This document shows, one piece after another, positions 27,701-39,162 of a stretch of 64,000 nucleotides of DNA. The stretch comes from Daphnia carinata. Lineage: Eukaryota. Within the stretch, counting starts at the first letter, position 1. Every line of letters starts with the position of its first letter. Under the pieces are notes generated by a model that saw only the letters and a program-made list of their open reading frames with translations, did no database searches and was not told the origin of the DNA. The position numbers were made by a program, and so were the translations under genes. The DNA lies in the NCBI RefSeq assembly GCF_022539665.2, contig NC_081331.1, positions 13,950,001 through 14,014,000 of the forward strand. Direction: 5' to 3'.

Positions 27701-28386
27701 TTAATAGATTTTGTAGCCCTTTCCGTTGAATGGAATGTGGACTGGGGCGACGGGGAGTTCGTATTCGTGGACGGGGGCGACCGGGAGTTCGTACTCGTGG
27801 ACGGGAGCAACTGGGAGCTCGTAGACGTGGACGGGAGCGACGGGCAGGTGGTCACCCTTGGGCTTGAATCCAGCATCATCAGCGACCCAGGTCAAAGTGA
27901 ATTTCTCGCCTTCAGGTGAAACCCAGTAAGAAGATCCCTGGTTGGTGTTACCGTAGACTTCCTCTTTGGTTTCTTTGCCATAGTCATCGACTGTGGTGAC
28001 GGTGAATTTCTTCTGGGCCTGGGATTCAGCGCGGGTGGCGTAGTCGGATTGGGCGTAGCTGCATTAGAAAATGTTGGTTAAGTCAAAATCCTTTTTCTCC
28101 AGAAAAATGAGCAACCAGGGGATTAGGTTTCAAACTTACTTCCATTGGCTGCTTCCATCGAGATTGCGCTCATCAGATTGGCCAGTGACGACGATCTCTG
28201 GGTATTTGTAGTCCTTCTCGTACTTTTTCTCGTACGATGGGTAGCCAGAAGGAACGGCAGCAGCAACGGCCAAGACAGCGGCGATGATAAACTGAAAGAA
28301 GAACGTATGGCTCTAGTTAATTTGCGAATAGCGTTATTGTTAACTAGTGTAGGAAAGAAAATGTTTGATGTCCTTACGAGTTTCAT
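27701..28386 (-). CDS. Cuticular protein A16 (CPR, RR-1-like)
   Basis: Three exons, VPSGYPSYEKKYEKDYKYPE N-terminus, R&R motif. Confidence 0.92.
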
Positions 28387-29528
28387 GTTGAATTGGATTG
28401 TGTGGAACAACTGATACTGTTTCTCTTTCAAGTCTTCGCTTTTATAGTTGGTGAAGGGCTGTATAGGCCACTGTCGGCTGACCCAATTGCATGGGACATA
28501 TTACATGATAGTTTCCAATCGACTAGTAGATCTTGCTGATGCATTCTCTTTTTTTTGGAGTACTCGAATGTTTGACATCCACTCCGATTTTGGAAAACAT
28601 TCTTAGACTAAGTTAGGAAATAGTTTATTGTGCCCCATAATTCAATTGTGTCCTTCTAGTTCTTAGCTGGAATCCATTTCTGTTGTTCCACGAATTTGAC
28701 AGCTTGCGGATACAACGCTCACCCTTGTATGAAATTCGTGTAAAAGAAGGTGATAAATGGATACTTTCTTTTAATTATCTTCGTTTTACATCATCTTTGA
28801 ATGATTGACCGTCATTGGAATCGTAATTCCACAATACTTCCAGAGCTGAACATTTAGCGCCATTGTGTCGCATTCTTGATTGCAGCTTAGCTACAATTTA
28901 TCACAGACATTGGTAAAAATTTGAAATTGAAATTCCTTCGAAAATGATAACCACAATTTTTTTCCCCCTTGTTTATTTTGTTTACTCGTTTGTTTTCCTT
29001 TCTAAGGTAGGGAGGTCTTTATTATTTTTTTTTTTTTATGCCATGAAGGTTGAATTCCAACCACCGTGTCTTTCAAATGTCCTGTATTAAAATTATCCTT
29101 GACCATTTCTACGAAAAATTTGGTGTGAATCTAGTAGAGACATTCAATTCTACATTTTCACTTGGCTTTGCTTTGATCGTGCTGAGAAATTTTGCATTTA
29201 ACAACAGCGTGATTTGGTCGACGTTAATATGACATTGTTCGTATGTTTGAATCAAGTTCCTATCAGTAGTCCGTTTTCTTTGTTTGCATAATTTGAAAGA
29301 CTTGCTACTAATATTAATGCACATTTCAACAATAGTGAAAGCGATTTGTATTTATTTGCATAATAAAGAACTTACGTCATATTATAGGTTAGACACGTTA
29401 AATAGTTAAACGAAACGATATGAACGGTGCAGATGGCCTTCTCATTTGGGCAGGATTCGATTTCTCTGGCATGTTTTTTCTTTTTTCAAGTGCATTAAGG
29501 ATGGCCTGGAAGTTATTCTGGACAATCA

Positions 29529-29910
29529 CTACCTTCTGCTTGGCTTGCTACTGGGTTTCGGAAACCACATCTGAAAGCGGGAAGTGCCGTCCGATAGAGC
29601 GTAGCTATACATCAATAAAAATGGAATTGAAAAATGTTTTGCATTAGACAGTGGCCCAAGTGATTTTAAGAAAAGCTGAATCCATTCAATTTACTTCCAT
29701 TGGTTTGTGCCGTTGACGTGACGAACATCAGATTGGCTCACGATGGTGACCTCGGCGGTTTTGGTGTCCTTCCCGTCCGTCTTAGTGGTGGACGGAGCAG
29801 CGGCAGCGACGGCCAAGAGAACGAAAATGAGAAACTGAGAAATGTGTTAGAAGAAAAACTTTCATTTTAAATGCAAGTAACCTCCAGACATAGTAACGTA
29901 CCAGCTTCAT
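29529..29910 (-). pseudogene. Truncated cuticular protein paralog A17 (74 aa, lacks the R&R core)
   Basis: Exons 29902-29910, 29695-29834 and 29529-29604. Exon 3 starts YALSDGTSR, then diverges (FQMWFPKPSSKPSRR*). TATA box reads TATATGAA. Confidence 0.75.
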
Positions 29911-30519
29911 GTCGACTCTGGATGATGAGTTAGAGAACTGAAGTTTACGGCAAGTTGCAGACGAGTTCATATAGTTGGTGAAAGGAAAGTAGAATCCAAT
30001 TGCCGAACGGCCGTTGCCAAGTGACCTAGTTTTTTTTGCATAACACTACCTTGCGTCTCACGCATTTTTCCGCAAGCTGTTTTCGTTCAGGCTCGTCTGA
30101 TGCATCCAATTTCTCTATCATTTAATGCCGCGAAACGGTAGATTTGAGATAGAAGATTGGGAAAATATAGCTTTCTGTCTGGGCTGCTATTTTAGGAAAG
30201 GCTTCCGGAATTCGTTTACGTTTTTCGCAAACCAAAAAATAAAGCAGGTACGTCTTACGAAAACATTTTTGCCACTTTTAGACACAAACCTCGCCCTGAA
30301 AGCGTGGCATATTGCCAAGTGGCTGAGCACAGGCTTGTTGTAGACATAGGCGAGATTGGCTTGACCGAAACCGCTGTTTAACACGCTAAGCAATGACTCG
30401 TTGTATATCGTTAATTCAAGCTAATCAAATTGAATGTTCATTGGATGTATTTACATAAACGCATTCGACATCTTGGGGGACGGAGAATACATTGGGTTTA
30501 AGTTAGCGGGTCGAATAAT

Positions 30520-31187
30520 TTAAAAGATTTTGTGACCTTTGCCGTTGAAGGGAATGTGGACGGGAGCAACGGGGAGTTCGTATTCGTGAACGGGAGCGAC
30601 GGGGAGTTCGTAGACGTGGACGGGAGCGACTGGGAGTTCGTAGACATGGACGGGAGCGACGGGCAAGTGATCACCCTTGGGTTGGAAACCGGCCTCATCG
30701 GCAACCCAGGTCAAAGAGATTTTCTGTCCTGAAGCGGAAACCCAATAAGAGGATCCTTTGTTGGTGTTGCCGTAGACTTCCTCTTTGGTTTCTTTGCCGT
30801 AGTCATCGACTTTGGTGACGGTGAACTTCTTCTGCTCTTGGGCTTCGTCACGGGTAGTGCCATCGGACAGAGCGTAGCTAATGATAAGACCGGATCATCC
30901 GAATTACGACATTTCTGTGGCATAACAAAAATCATCAACGAGCTTACTTCCACTTGCTGCTTCCGTCGAGGTTGCGCTCGTCGGATTGGCTGACGACGGT
31001 GATCTCGGGGTATTTGTAGTCTTTTCCGTATTTCTCCTCTTCGGTTTTGTATCCCGAAGGAGCGGCGGCAGCAATGGCCAAGACAGTGGCGATGATAAAC
31101 TAAAAAAGAAGAATCCAAAATTCATTTAAGGGTGTTGATTGAAAGGGGGGGGGGGGGAATCCAAAGGTTGCTGTTTACCAGCTTCAT
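30520..31187 (-). CDS. Cuticular protein A18 (CPR, RR-1-like)
   Basis: Three exons. YALSDGTTRDEAQEQKK...[32 protein letters not shown]; ends GHKIF. Confidence 0.9.
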
Positions 31188-31944
31188 TTTGACGTTGGTT
31201 GTTGGAAATGACAACTGATGCCTTCAACTTGACTGTGTTTGAGTTTATATAGCCACGCGAAAGGGCTCTTATTTGCCTGTGTGCTTTGTTTGACCTAGTT
31301 TCCTACTGTGGTAGTACTTGCCATTTCACTCTTTTCCGTAATTGATTTATTTCCAGGCCATGGCCTTCGATACATCACGTATCACTAACATTTAAGTATG
31401 GGGCAATCTTGTCTAATTTTGGTTTTCCTAGGAAAATTTTCACTAATTTTTTTATTGTTCTTCTTTCATTTGTATGTGTTAAAAGGAAAGGTACTTCCTA
31501 GGTCGGCTATGCGTAACATAATAAGACAACTATTAGACGGATGATTGTTCTCATATTTGCGCATTTCTGTAGCTCATATGCTGTGTTGCACATAGGTATG
31601 GATCATGGCTATTGAATATCTTTGTATGTAAGCGCTGTGGTTTGCTTTTCATGCGCGTTAAAGTCCCCGCAAAATCATCCTGTCGTTTCGCAAACCTGTT
31701 TATACAATTTTAGGTAAAAGAGAGAAAATAGTAATTGTTGGAAAAGAAGGTGATCCCCAAAATGAATCGTGTGTGAATTCACTTCCCTGTCTTTTTGTTA
31801 AACATCTTGTTCCGTAACGTTATTCATTCGTGGCAGCAGTAAATAGAAAAGGAAGAAAGATATTGGTCGATATTTTGCTTTTATTGTACAAAAGTATTCT
31901 ATATCACATAGGATACATTGATAAACAAACAATTATTTAATAAT

Positions 31945-32610
31945 TTAATAGCCGGGTCCGGTACGAGAGTAGGGGAGAGCTGGGGCAACGGGGAGAACGT
32001 ATTCGTGGACGGGGGCGACTGGGAGTTCGTATTCATGGACGGGGGCAACGGGGAGTTCGTAGACGTGGACGGGAGCAACGGGCAAGTGGTCACCCTTGGG
32101 CTGGAATCCAGCATCATCAGCGGTCCAGGTCAAAGTGAATTTCTCGCCTTCAGGTGAAACCCAGTAGGAAGATCCCTTGTTGGTGTTGCCCATAACATCC
32201 TCGTAGGTGGCCTTTCCGTAAGAATCGTATTTAACTCCTTGCATCTTCTTCTGGACTTGGGATTCTTCACGGGTGGTGTAGTCAGACTGGGCGTAGCTAT
32301 AAACATTACGAATGTGCGATTAGTCTGTTGCATTGTTTAAATTGAAATGAATGCTTACTTCCATTGGCTGCTGCCATCGAGATTGCGCTCATCAGATTGG
32401 CTGGTGACGACGATCTCTGGGTATTTGTAGTCCTTCTCGTATTTCTTCTCCTCGGTCTTGTAACCGGAAGGAGCTGCGACGGCAGCAGCCAAGAGAGCGG
32501 CGATGATAAACTGCAATAAAAATCACCAATTTAATCAATTTGAGATTGTGTTGATCGGCTAAAATTTGAAAAATTAAATCCTGCAATGGTTGACTTCTTA
32601 CCAGTTTCAT
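31945..32610 (-). CDS. Cuticular protein A19 (CPR, RR-1-like)
   Basis: Three exons. Exon 2 resembles A12/A14 and exon 3 resembles A6/A7. Confidence 0.92.
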
Positions 32611-33675
32611 GTTGAATTCGGTTGAATTGTTGAACAACTGATACTTTTTCTGAAATATGCCTGTGCTTTTATAGCAAGGGAAGGGCGTGCATCGTACCTG
32701 TGTACACACAGGTGCGGTAACTTCCTTGCAATCGGACCGTGACCTAATTCTTGAATAGTTTAGTTTCGTTTTGTGAGGTTTGCGAGCGAACCATTCACTT
32801 TACCTGCACTGTCTAACACGTGAATTGCCTAATGTCCATGAACATATCTAGTTCTTCCGCATGCTGGAACACTGGTTTAGTAAGTCTTGGTTATGCAACC
32901 CTAAGTGTTGATTGTATTACAAGCCTTCTACTTAGATATAAGACCCATTCTATATAGATATGAGCGATTTTTTTTCACAATTTTCAAATGAATAAAGAAA
33001 AATTCAGTAGCACTTTGCGTATTGATAAAACTGACCGACGTATTTTCGTAAAGGTGGGACGCCTTGAATTAGTCGCAGGGAGAAAATTATCTGCAATAAA
33101 ACCCGTATATTTTGATTTGAAATTCTCCTTTTTATTCCGAACGGAAATGCTAGAGACAAATTGCTCGTGGTAAGAATATTTCACTGCTTTTACAAGGCTA
33201 TTCTGCCACAGATTTTATACAAAAACCGTATGGGAACCGGCCCTTTCAAGTATGGAAAATTACAAACTGAACAGTATCAGTATCGCTTTTCAAATCATGT
33301 AGGAACAACTGTTTTGAATGTAGTGTGTTCGCCACTCGAATTCTCTCATAAAACTTTACGTATCTAAAGTTCCAAATTTGCTGACGTCTAGCATTTGATA
33401 TGGGGGAATAATAAAAAAGTAAATTACAAACTTATACTGGACTTTATGTAAAAGAGGATTTTGCAGGTATTCTCTCTGCCAAATAGTAGCCTTTTAATTC
33501 AACGGGGCTTGTTGATTCATGCTTTGAGATAACATAACGGATAGCTTATGTCTTTTCATTAATAAGCGACAAAATACTGCGTAAACTTGGATGTTCTTTA
33601 CGTATATTTACACCAGCATATTCAATGGCATAGCATTGAATATCTGGATAAGTGCTTCAGGCAAAAAATAATAAT

Positions 33676-34376
33676 TTAATAGATTTTGTAGCCCTTTCCG
33701 TTGAATGGAATATGGACTGGGGCGACGGGGAGTTCGTATTCGTGGACGGGGGCGACCGGGAGTTCGTACTCGTGGACGGGAGCAACTGGAAGTTCGTAAA
33801 CGTGGACGGGAGCGACGGGCAAGTGATCGCCCTTGGGTTTGAATCCAGCATCATCAGCGACCCAGGTCAAAGTGAATTTCTCGCCTTCAGGTGAAACCCA
33901 GTAAGAAGATCCCTGGTTGGTGTTACCGTAGACTTCCTCTTTGGTTTCTTTGCCATAGTCATCGACTTTGGTGACGACGAATTTCTTCTGGGCCTGGGAT
34001 TCAGCGCGGGTAGCGTAGTCGGATTGGGCGTAGCTGCATCGGAAAACGTTGGGTTAGTCAAAATCCTTTTTTCTCCGGAAAATGAGCGAGCAAATGATTA
34101 GGTTGCAAACTTACTTCCATTGGCTGCTTCCATCGAGATTGCGCTCATCAGATTGACCAGTGACAACGATCTCTGGGTATTTGTAGTCCTTCTCGTACTT
34201 CTTCTCGTACGATGGGTAGCCAGAAGGAACGGCGGCAGCAACGGCCAAGACAGTGGCAATGATAAACTATAGATATTGAAATGAATTGAATAAATTTTAA
34301 TTTGTTTCTTGATTTGATTATAGAATTCAAGTGGACTGTTTGGCAATGGGACTACTGTAAAACTCACCAGTTTCAT
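33676..34376 (-). CDS. Cuticular protein A20 (CPR, RR-1-like)
   Basis: Three exons; protein near-identical to A16. Confidence 0.92.
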
Positions 34377-35636
34377 GGTAGTATGAAGTCGGTTAGCTTG
34401 AAAGTAACTGATACCTTTTGCATTGTTCATCTCTTTATTTATACAACCGGCACGTAAAACGCACAACCTATTTTTGACCTAGACTTCAGCTAGGCTTGCA
34501 TTCAAATTCGAACAATCACGTGATTTGTTGATCAAATGCACGTGCACAAAAATATGGGTGTTTCCTTGTGGTCATAACCCTCCTTCTTTTTCCGTTGCTT
34601 TTCCAAGTTTTTGACGACGCCAACTCTCCCGACTAACTTTCCCTTTTTTCTTGTATTCGCGTTTGTCTTCTATTGTTTCATCTTGGCTGCAACGCTCATC
34701 TCCGTACCTCGACGTTCAGAACAAAAAGAAACTTGTCAGTCAGCATAAAGTGATCGATTCGATTCAATTATTTCAAGTTCTCCGGAGGCCCTTGCGCATG
34801 TTAGCCTAGTTCCATTCATCGCTCTTCTAACCTTGTTTGTGGTTTAAGGGTATTTAGATTTCTATTCCATGCCAACGAAGACTGTTAGAAGAAAAAAAAA
34901 CGAGTTTAATAGATATGTACGTTCAATGCCACGGTCCTTTCACCTGGTAGATAACCTGTAGCTGGAAAAACAAAAAATGCGGTGATAATTTCTGAAAGGG
35001 ACAAGGCCTTCGCGTGACAGTTTTTGAAATCACGTACCTCTATAACTCATTCATGTTCAAAAACTACGTTTACGTTAAGGTGCAGTTTACGAATCGTGTC
35101 TGCAAGTCCCGTTGCCAATTCAAAGCAGTACGCGGAATAGCCCGTTTTTAATTTGTTGCCATATTGCCATTTCCAGTGAAACAAATAACTTGATTTCAAT
35201 TGCCCTAGAAGGGTTGTTGGTTTTCTATTAGAGAAAGAAAAGGTGTCGTTACAGGTGTACCCTATTTGACGGCTTGCTATGTACGGAAATGATATCGTTA
35301 TCACGTCTTGTGAAAATCAAAATGTTCCGTTTTCGATAGCGATCCGTTCGTCGTAAAATGCGGAGTCAACAAGAAAAACTGGGTTTGTTATAACCTCGTT
35401 GTTTCCCCCCTTAATCCAAACATTTCAGGACAACTTTCTGCGAATTTTTACCTTCCATTTAATGCCCATTGGGCGAGAAACTGTTTTCTTGCACAAAGAG
35501 AAATTCCATGTACCACATTCTTTAAAATCCATCTGGTTTAAGCAAATAGAAATTTTTCTATTGCTGCTACAAATCACCTGTGATTTATTTTAACCGTATT
35601 AAAAATTAATATCGTTACTACAACTCTACCGTAATA

Positions 35637-36132
35637 ATGAGAGCCATCCGAGCCATTCCCAACCTTGCCCAACGATCGTTCATTAATTCAAAACACGTCC
35701 GCAAGTCTTTAACCATATCAGTACTGGTGAACGAAGGTACATACGTTCGATTCTGGAATATAAGCTGACCCTATTGAGGATAACAAAAACTAATGGAAGT
35801 ATCAACCCTCCATATTAGGGGCTATTACCTTGTCCCAATATTTTCGTCACCACGTCGAAGACGAGGACGACGAAACTTGGCGTTTCTTGGGAATGTTTTA
35901 TTCTGTGATAGGAGAGCAAAGAGGTTGCGCTGCAACAGGCATCCATACTCTCAAGAAAGGTAAACTTTCTCTTATTGTAAGAACATATCAAATACATATG
36001 CTCACTAGTTTCAATTGCACTAAAGGCGATGGAGAGAAAGTCGTTGAATTTAATTCGCCAATTAAGACGCAGCAGAACGGCGACGCATGTCATGAAGACT
36101 TCAGAGCAGATGATATCAACTATTTAAAATGA
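35637..36132 (+). CDS. Possible small spliced gene or gene fragment of unknown function (~115 aa)
   Basis: Putative exons 35637-35736, 35819-35959 and 36026-36132 join in frame across 82- and 66-nt GT-AG introns. No recognisable domain. Confidence 0.3.
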
Positions 36133-36609
36133 TCTTTTAATATTAACTTTCATTTCTTTTTTTTTCCCCTAGCGTGTTGACTTGATTAACAGCAAGATGA
36201 AATTCATTGCGTTTCTTAATTGCTGTTCCTGGAGCGATAGAAAAGCTGACAATGGAATATAAATCCTGGCGAACAGTAGCAAAATGTAGAAAGTATTGTT
36301 TTCGAAATGATGGATTTCGGTTTTTTAAAATTCAGGATGATTTTTTGGGAAGATAATAGAAACGGGTTTGCGCCATCTTACATTCGGATTAACAACCTCC
36401 TCAGGTAAGAAAAAAACCCATCATACAGGTAACGAGAATAGATCGTATCGTGTACTTACTTTCAATTCCTACTTAAATACGTATTTGATACGAAAAGAAT
36501 AAAAAAAGCGAAAACTTATCTGTTTCTGTTATTGTGTATGTTAATTTTATCGTAGCCTAATAGCGCAAAAAAGGGGAATTACATTGAAATAAGCCCGACT
36601 TTATGTACA

Positions 36610-37677
36610 AAAATTTAGGCATAACATTTTGATTCGAAATTCGATGACACCTAGCCTGCTGTAATCAAAAATACATGCTGATTCCGAATAAATATTAGTT
36701 TTTTAATTATATGCATTTCAGAATAAAGCGGAATAAATGTGATTCTTAGCGCAATTACAAAAAATGAGAATGTCCCCATAAGTCATACATCCCAAGTGGG
36801 TGGTGCCTTAATTAATTTTTAAGCCCGACAAAATAAGCCCGATTTTCTGTTTTTTACGGTTAATTCAAAAAGCAGAAGCCTACTATAAAAATGTGCCCCA
36901 TTTTCGTGATCAGCGATCAATTTCGAATCGGAATACTGTATTTTTAACGAAATCTAGAATTTGACGAAAATTGAAAAGGTGAGAAGGCTATAGCCTTCTC
37001 ATTTTTACGAAAATCATCAAAAAGCGACATCTCTCAGAATTCGAAAAAAATACACACGCAAGGCTCAAAATTGAACGCCAATTCAAACTAGCACGTTAGT
37101 TTTTCCGTAATCTATAAGGCTATCGAATTATGCGCAGTCAAAATAGTTATCACGCAATACAGCGCTATCATAATAACTATTGCGCACCTTTATACTTTAG
37201 ATTACTCAAAAACCCTAAATTTTACGTAAAAACTAAGTTCATTTTCGTGATCCTTGTTAAATTATGAATTTAAATCGTGTATATTATTGCTTATTGTGTA
37301 TAAATTTTTTTTTTTTAAGTCGGACTTGTTTGGTCGGGCTTATTTTGTCGGGCTTAAAATTTTTTCCTATTAAAAAATATAGCATAACTATATCGATTTT
37401 GATTCAAAATTAAGCAAAGAAAACGAAAATGGAATTTGTTTTTACGTAGAGTTTATAGTTTTTCAATAATCTAAAATCTAAAATTTAGGCATAACATTTT
37501 GACTCGAAATTTGATAAAACCTAGCGTGTTGTAACCAAAAATAAAAACTGATTCCGAAGAAAATATTAGTTTCTTTTAAATTATATGCATTTCAAAATAA
37601 AGCGGAATAAATGTGATTCTTAGCGCAACCACAAAAAGTGTTAATGTCACCGTAAATCATAAATCCCGAATGGGTGG
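36610..37677 (+). repeat. Imperfect ~195-bp direct repeats (36610-36803 and 37480-37677) flanking the inverted-repeat element
   Basis: Both begin AAAATTTAGGCATAACATTTTGA, share AATAAAGCGGAATAAATGTGATTCTTAGCGCAA and end ATCCC..TGGGTGG. Confidence 0.85.
36817..37359. mobile_element. MITE-like non-coding element bounded by 26-bp inverted repeats
   Basis: TTTTAAGCCCGACAAAATAAGCCCGA at 36817-36842 and its exact reverse complement at 37334-37359. AT-rich interior with no ORF. Confidence 0.6.
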
Positions 37678-39162
37678 GGTCTTTTATTTACTGGAAGGTG
37701 AATTGTCAAGGAAGACAATGCAGAATCTTTGGAAATAATAATCGAAATAAATGGTAAGCCAGAGAACAGGTGTTGTCTGTAAAAGGAAAGTGGGTCAAAT
37801 TGCGTTTCATAATCACGTGTATTTGCGTCCAATTCCTACACGAATAACTGCTTGATGTGAAAAGTACAAAGAGAATGCGGAAACTTGCATTTTGCATGTC
37901 ATTACGTATGATTAATTGTATCGCGTACCCTTATAGCGCAATAAAGGGGAAATTGCATTTTGCTGACGTGTTAAACTTGATGTCTAGAAACCAGTCATTC
38001 GATTCTCTCCTTTTGCGTTTCACCTGCCAGAAACACGCTACGATTCATCGTGGATTGCATCGACAGATTAATTTTCACGAAACCCGATATGTCATCCCAA
38101 AATGTCTGTAGGGTATGTGGGGTTTTTCTAACCTGCTGACTAAATATCGCGATTACAATCGCTGGCAAATAGACAAAAGATATTGGATCCGGTTTGAATA
38201 GTTGTTCGATTTACATCAGACGAAGACCAACAGGTAGGTGAACAACAGGTTCAGTAAGATGAAATGAATTTTCTCCGGCGCAAATTATTGCATCAGTTTC
38301 ACCTTTACAAATTCACGCGGTTCGTAGAAACATCGTGCGGGGTACTCTTTCACGGTACCAGATGGCGTCAGGACGCAGAAGATGGGATTCTTGAAGAAGA
38401 GTTAACGCTTTAGGGCACGCCTCTAAGCAGGTGCATCTGCCTGGCATGAGCGCGAAACTCAAACGGGCAGCAAGTGTACGTTATGCCAACTCACGATAAT
38501 GGTAATTATTAAATGTGTAGACTTTTAGCACTCGTTGGGTATAGAAAAACATCTGCACTTCTTTCGCATTATGAATTACGATCTGGATATACGTGTTTCT
38601 ATTCTTATTTGCGCAATCACTTGTGATGGGGTCTTTGTTTTAAATCATTGCTTGACGATTGACGATTCAGCCTTCAAAGGACTCTGGTATGTGGCATAGC
38701 AATTTGTTGCTAAGGAGAACGTTACACAACTTAGTTATAGAAGTTAGCCTTGCTTTTACTCTTCTATGGTCTCGCCGATGAGGCACGGCAATGAGAGAAG
38801 AGTAAAAGTGGTAGACGACCCTGACTGTTGTGTCATTTGCAATTACAAAAATTCTCGTTGTTAAACAGTCTCTTCCTATCAGAATAAAAACGTGATTTTT
38901 CTTTTTCTTTTTGTTGAGTTTTTTTTTATTAGATGGAATTGCTATTACTGGTGCCCACTAGTTTTCTCCTTTCGCTCATCTCCATATACACCAACCCAAA
39001 CGGCCCCGGGCTAAAGAAGAGAATGTTTGCTGTGAAAAGTCTCTCTCCACATCACTTTCATTCCACAAAATATAAAAGATGCCCAATGTTGGGTTCATCT
39101 TCACACTTCTCTCTCAACTGTCTTTCGAACAGCAACAGAGTAACCCCAAACTTTGCTTAAGA

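Larger units (their letters stand above)
12..34484. promoter_or_regulatory. Dispersed ROR-response-element-like motif (AAxTRGGTCA) upstream of the TATA box of array A genes
   Basis: Copies at 12, 3671, 5455, 9121, 10775, 11392, 13907, 14475, 16675, 18930, 19962, 22210, 24912, 26742, 28479, 30022, 31291, 32740 and 34475, always in the sense orientation of the adjacent gene. Confidence 0.7.

Noticed and set aside
31145..31157. G13 homopolymer in intron 1 of A18
   Set aside because: Simple homopolymer of unreliable length, with no evidence of function.
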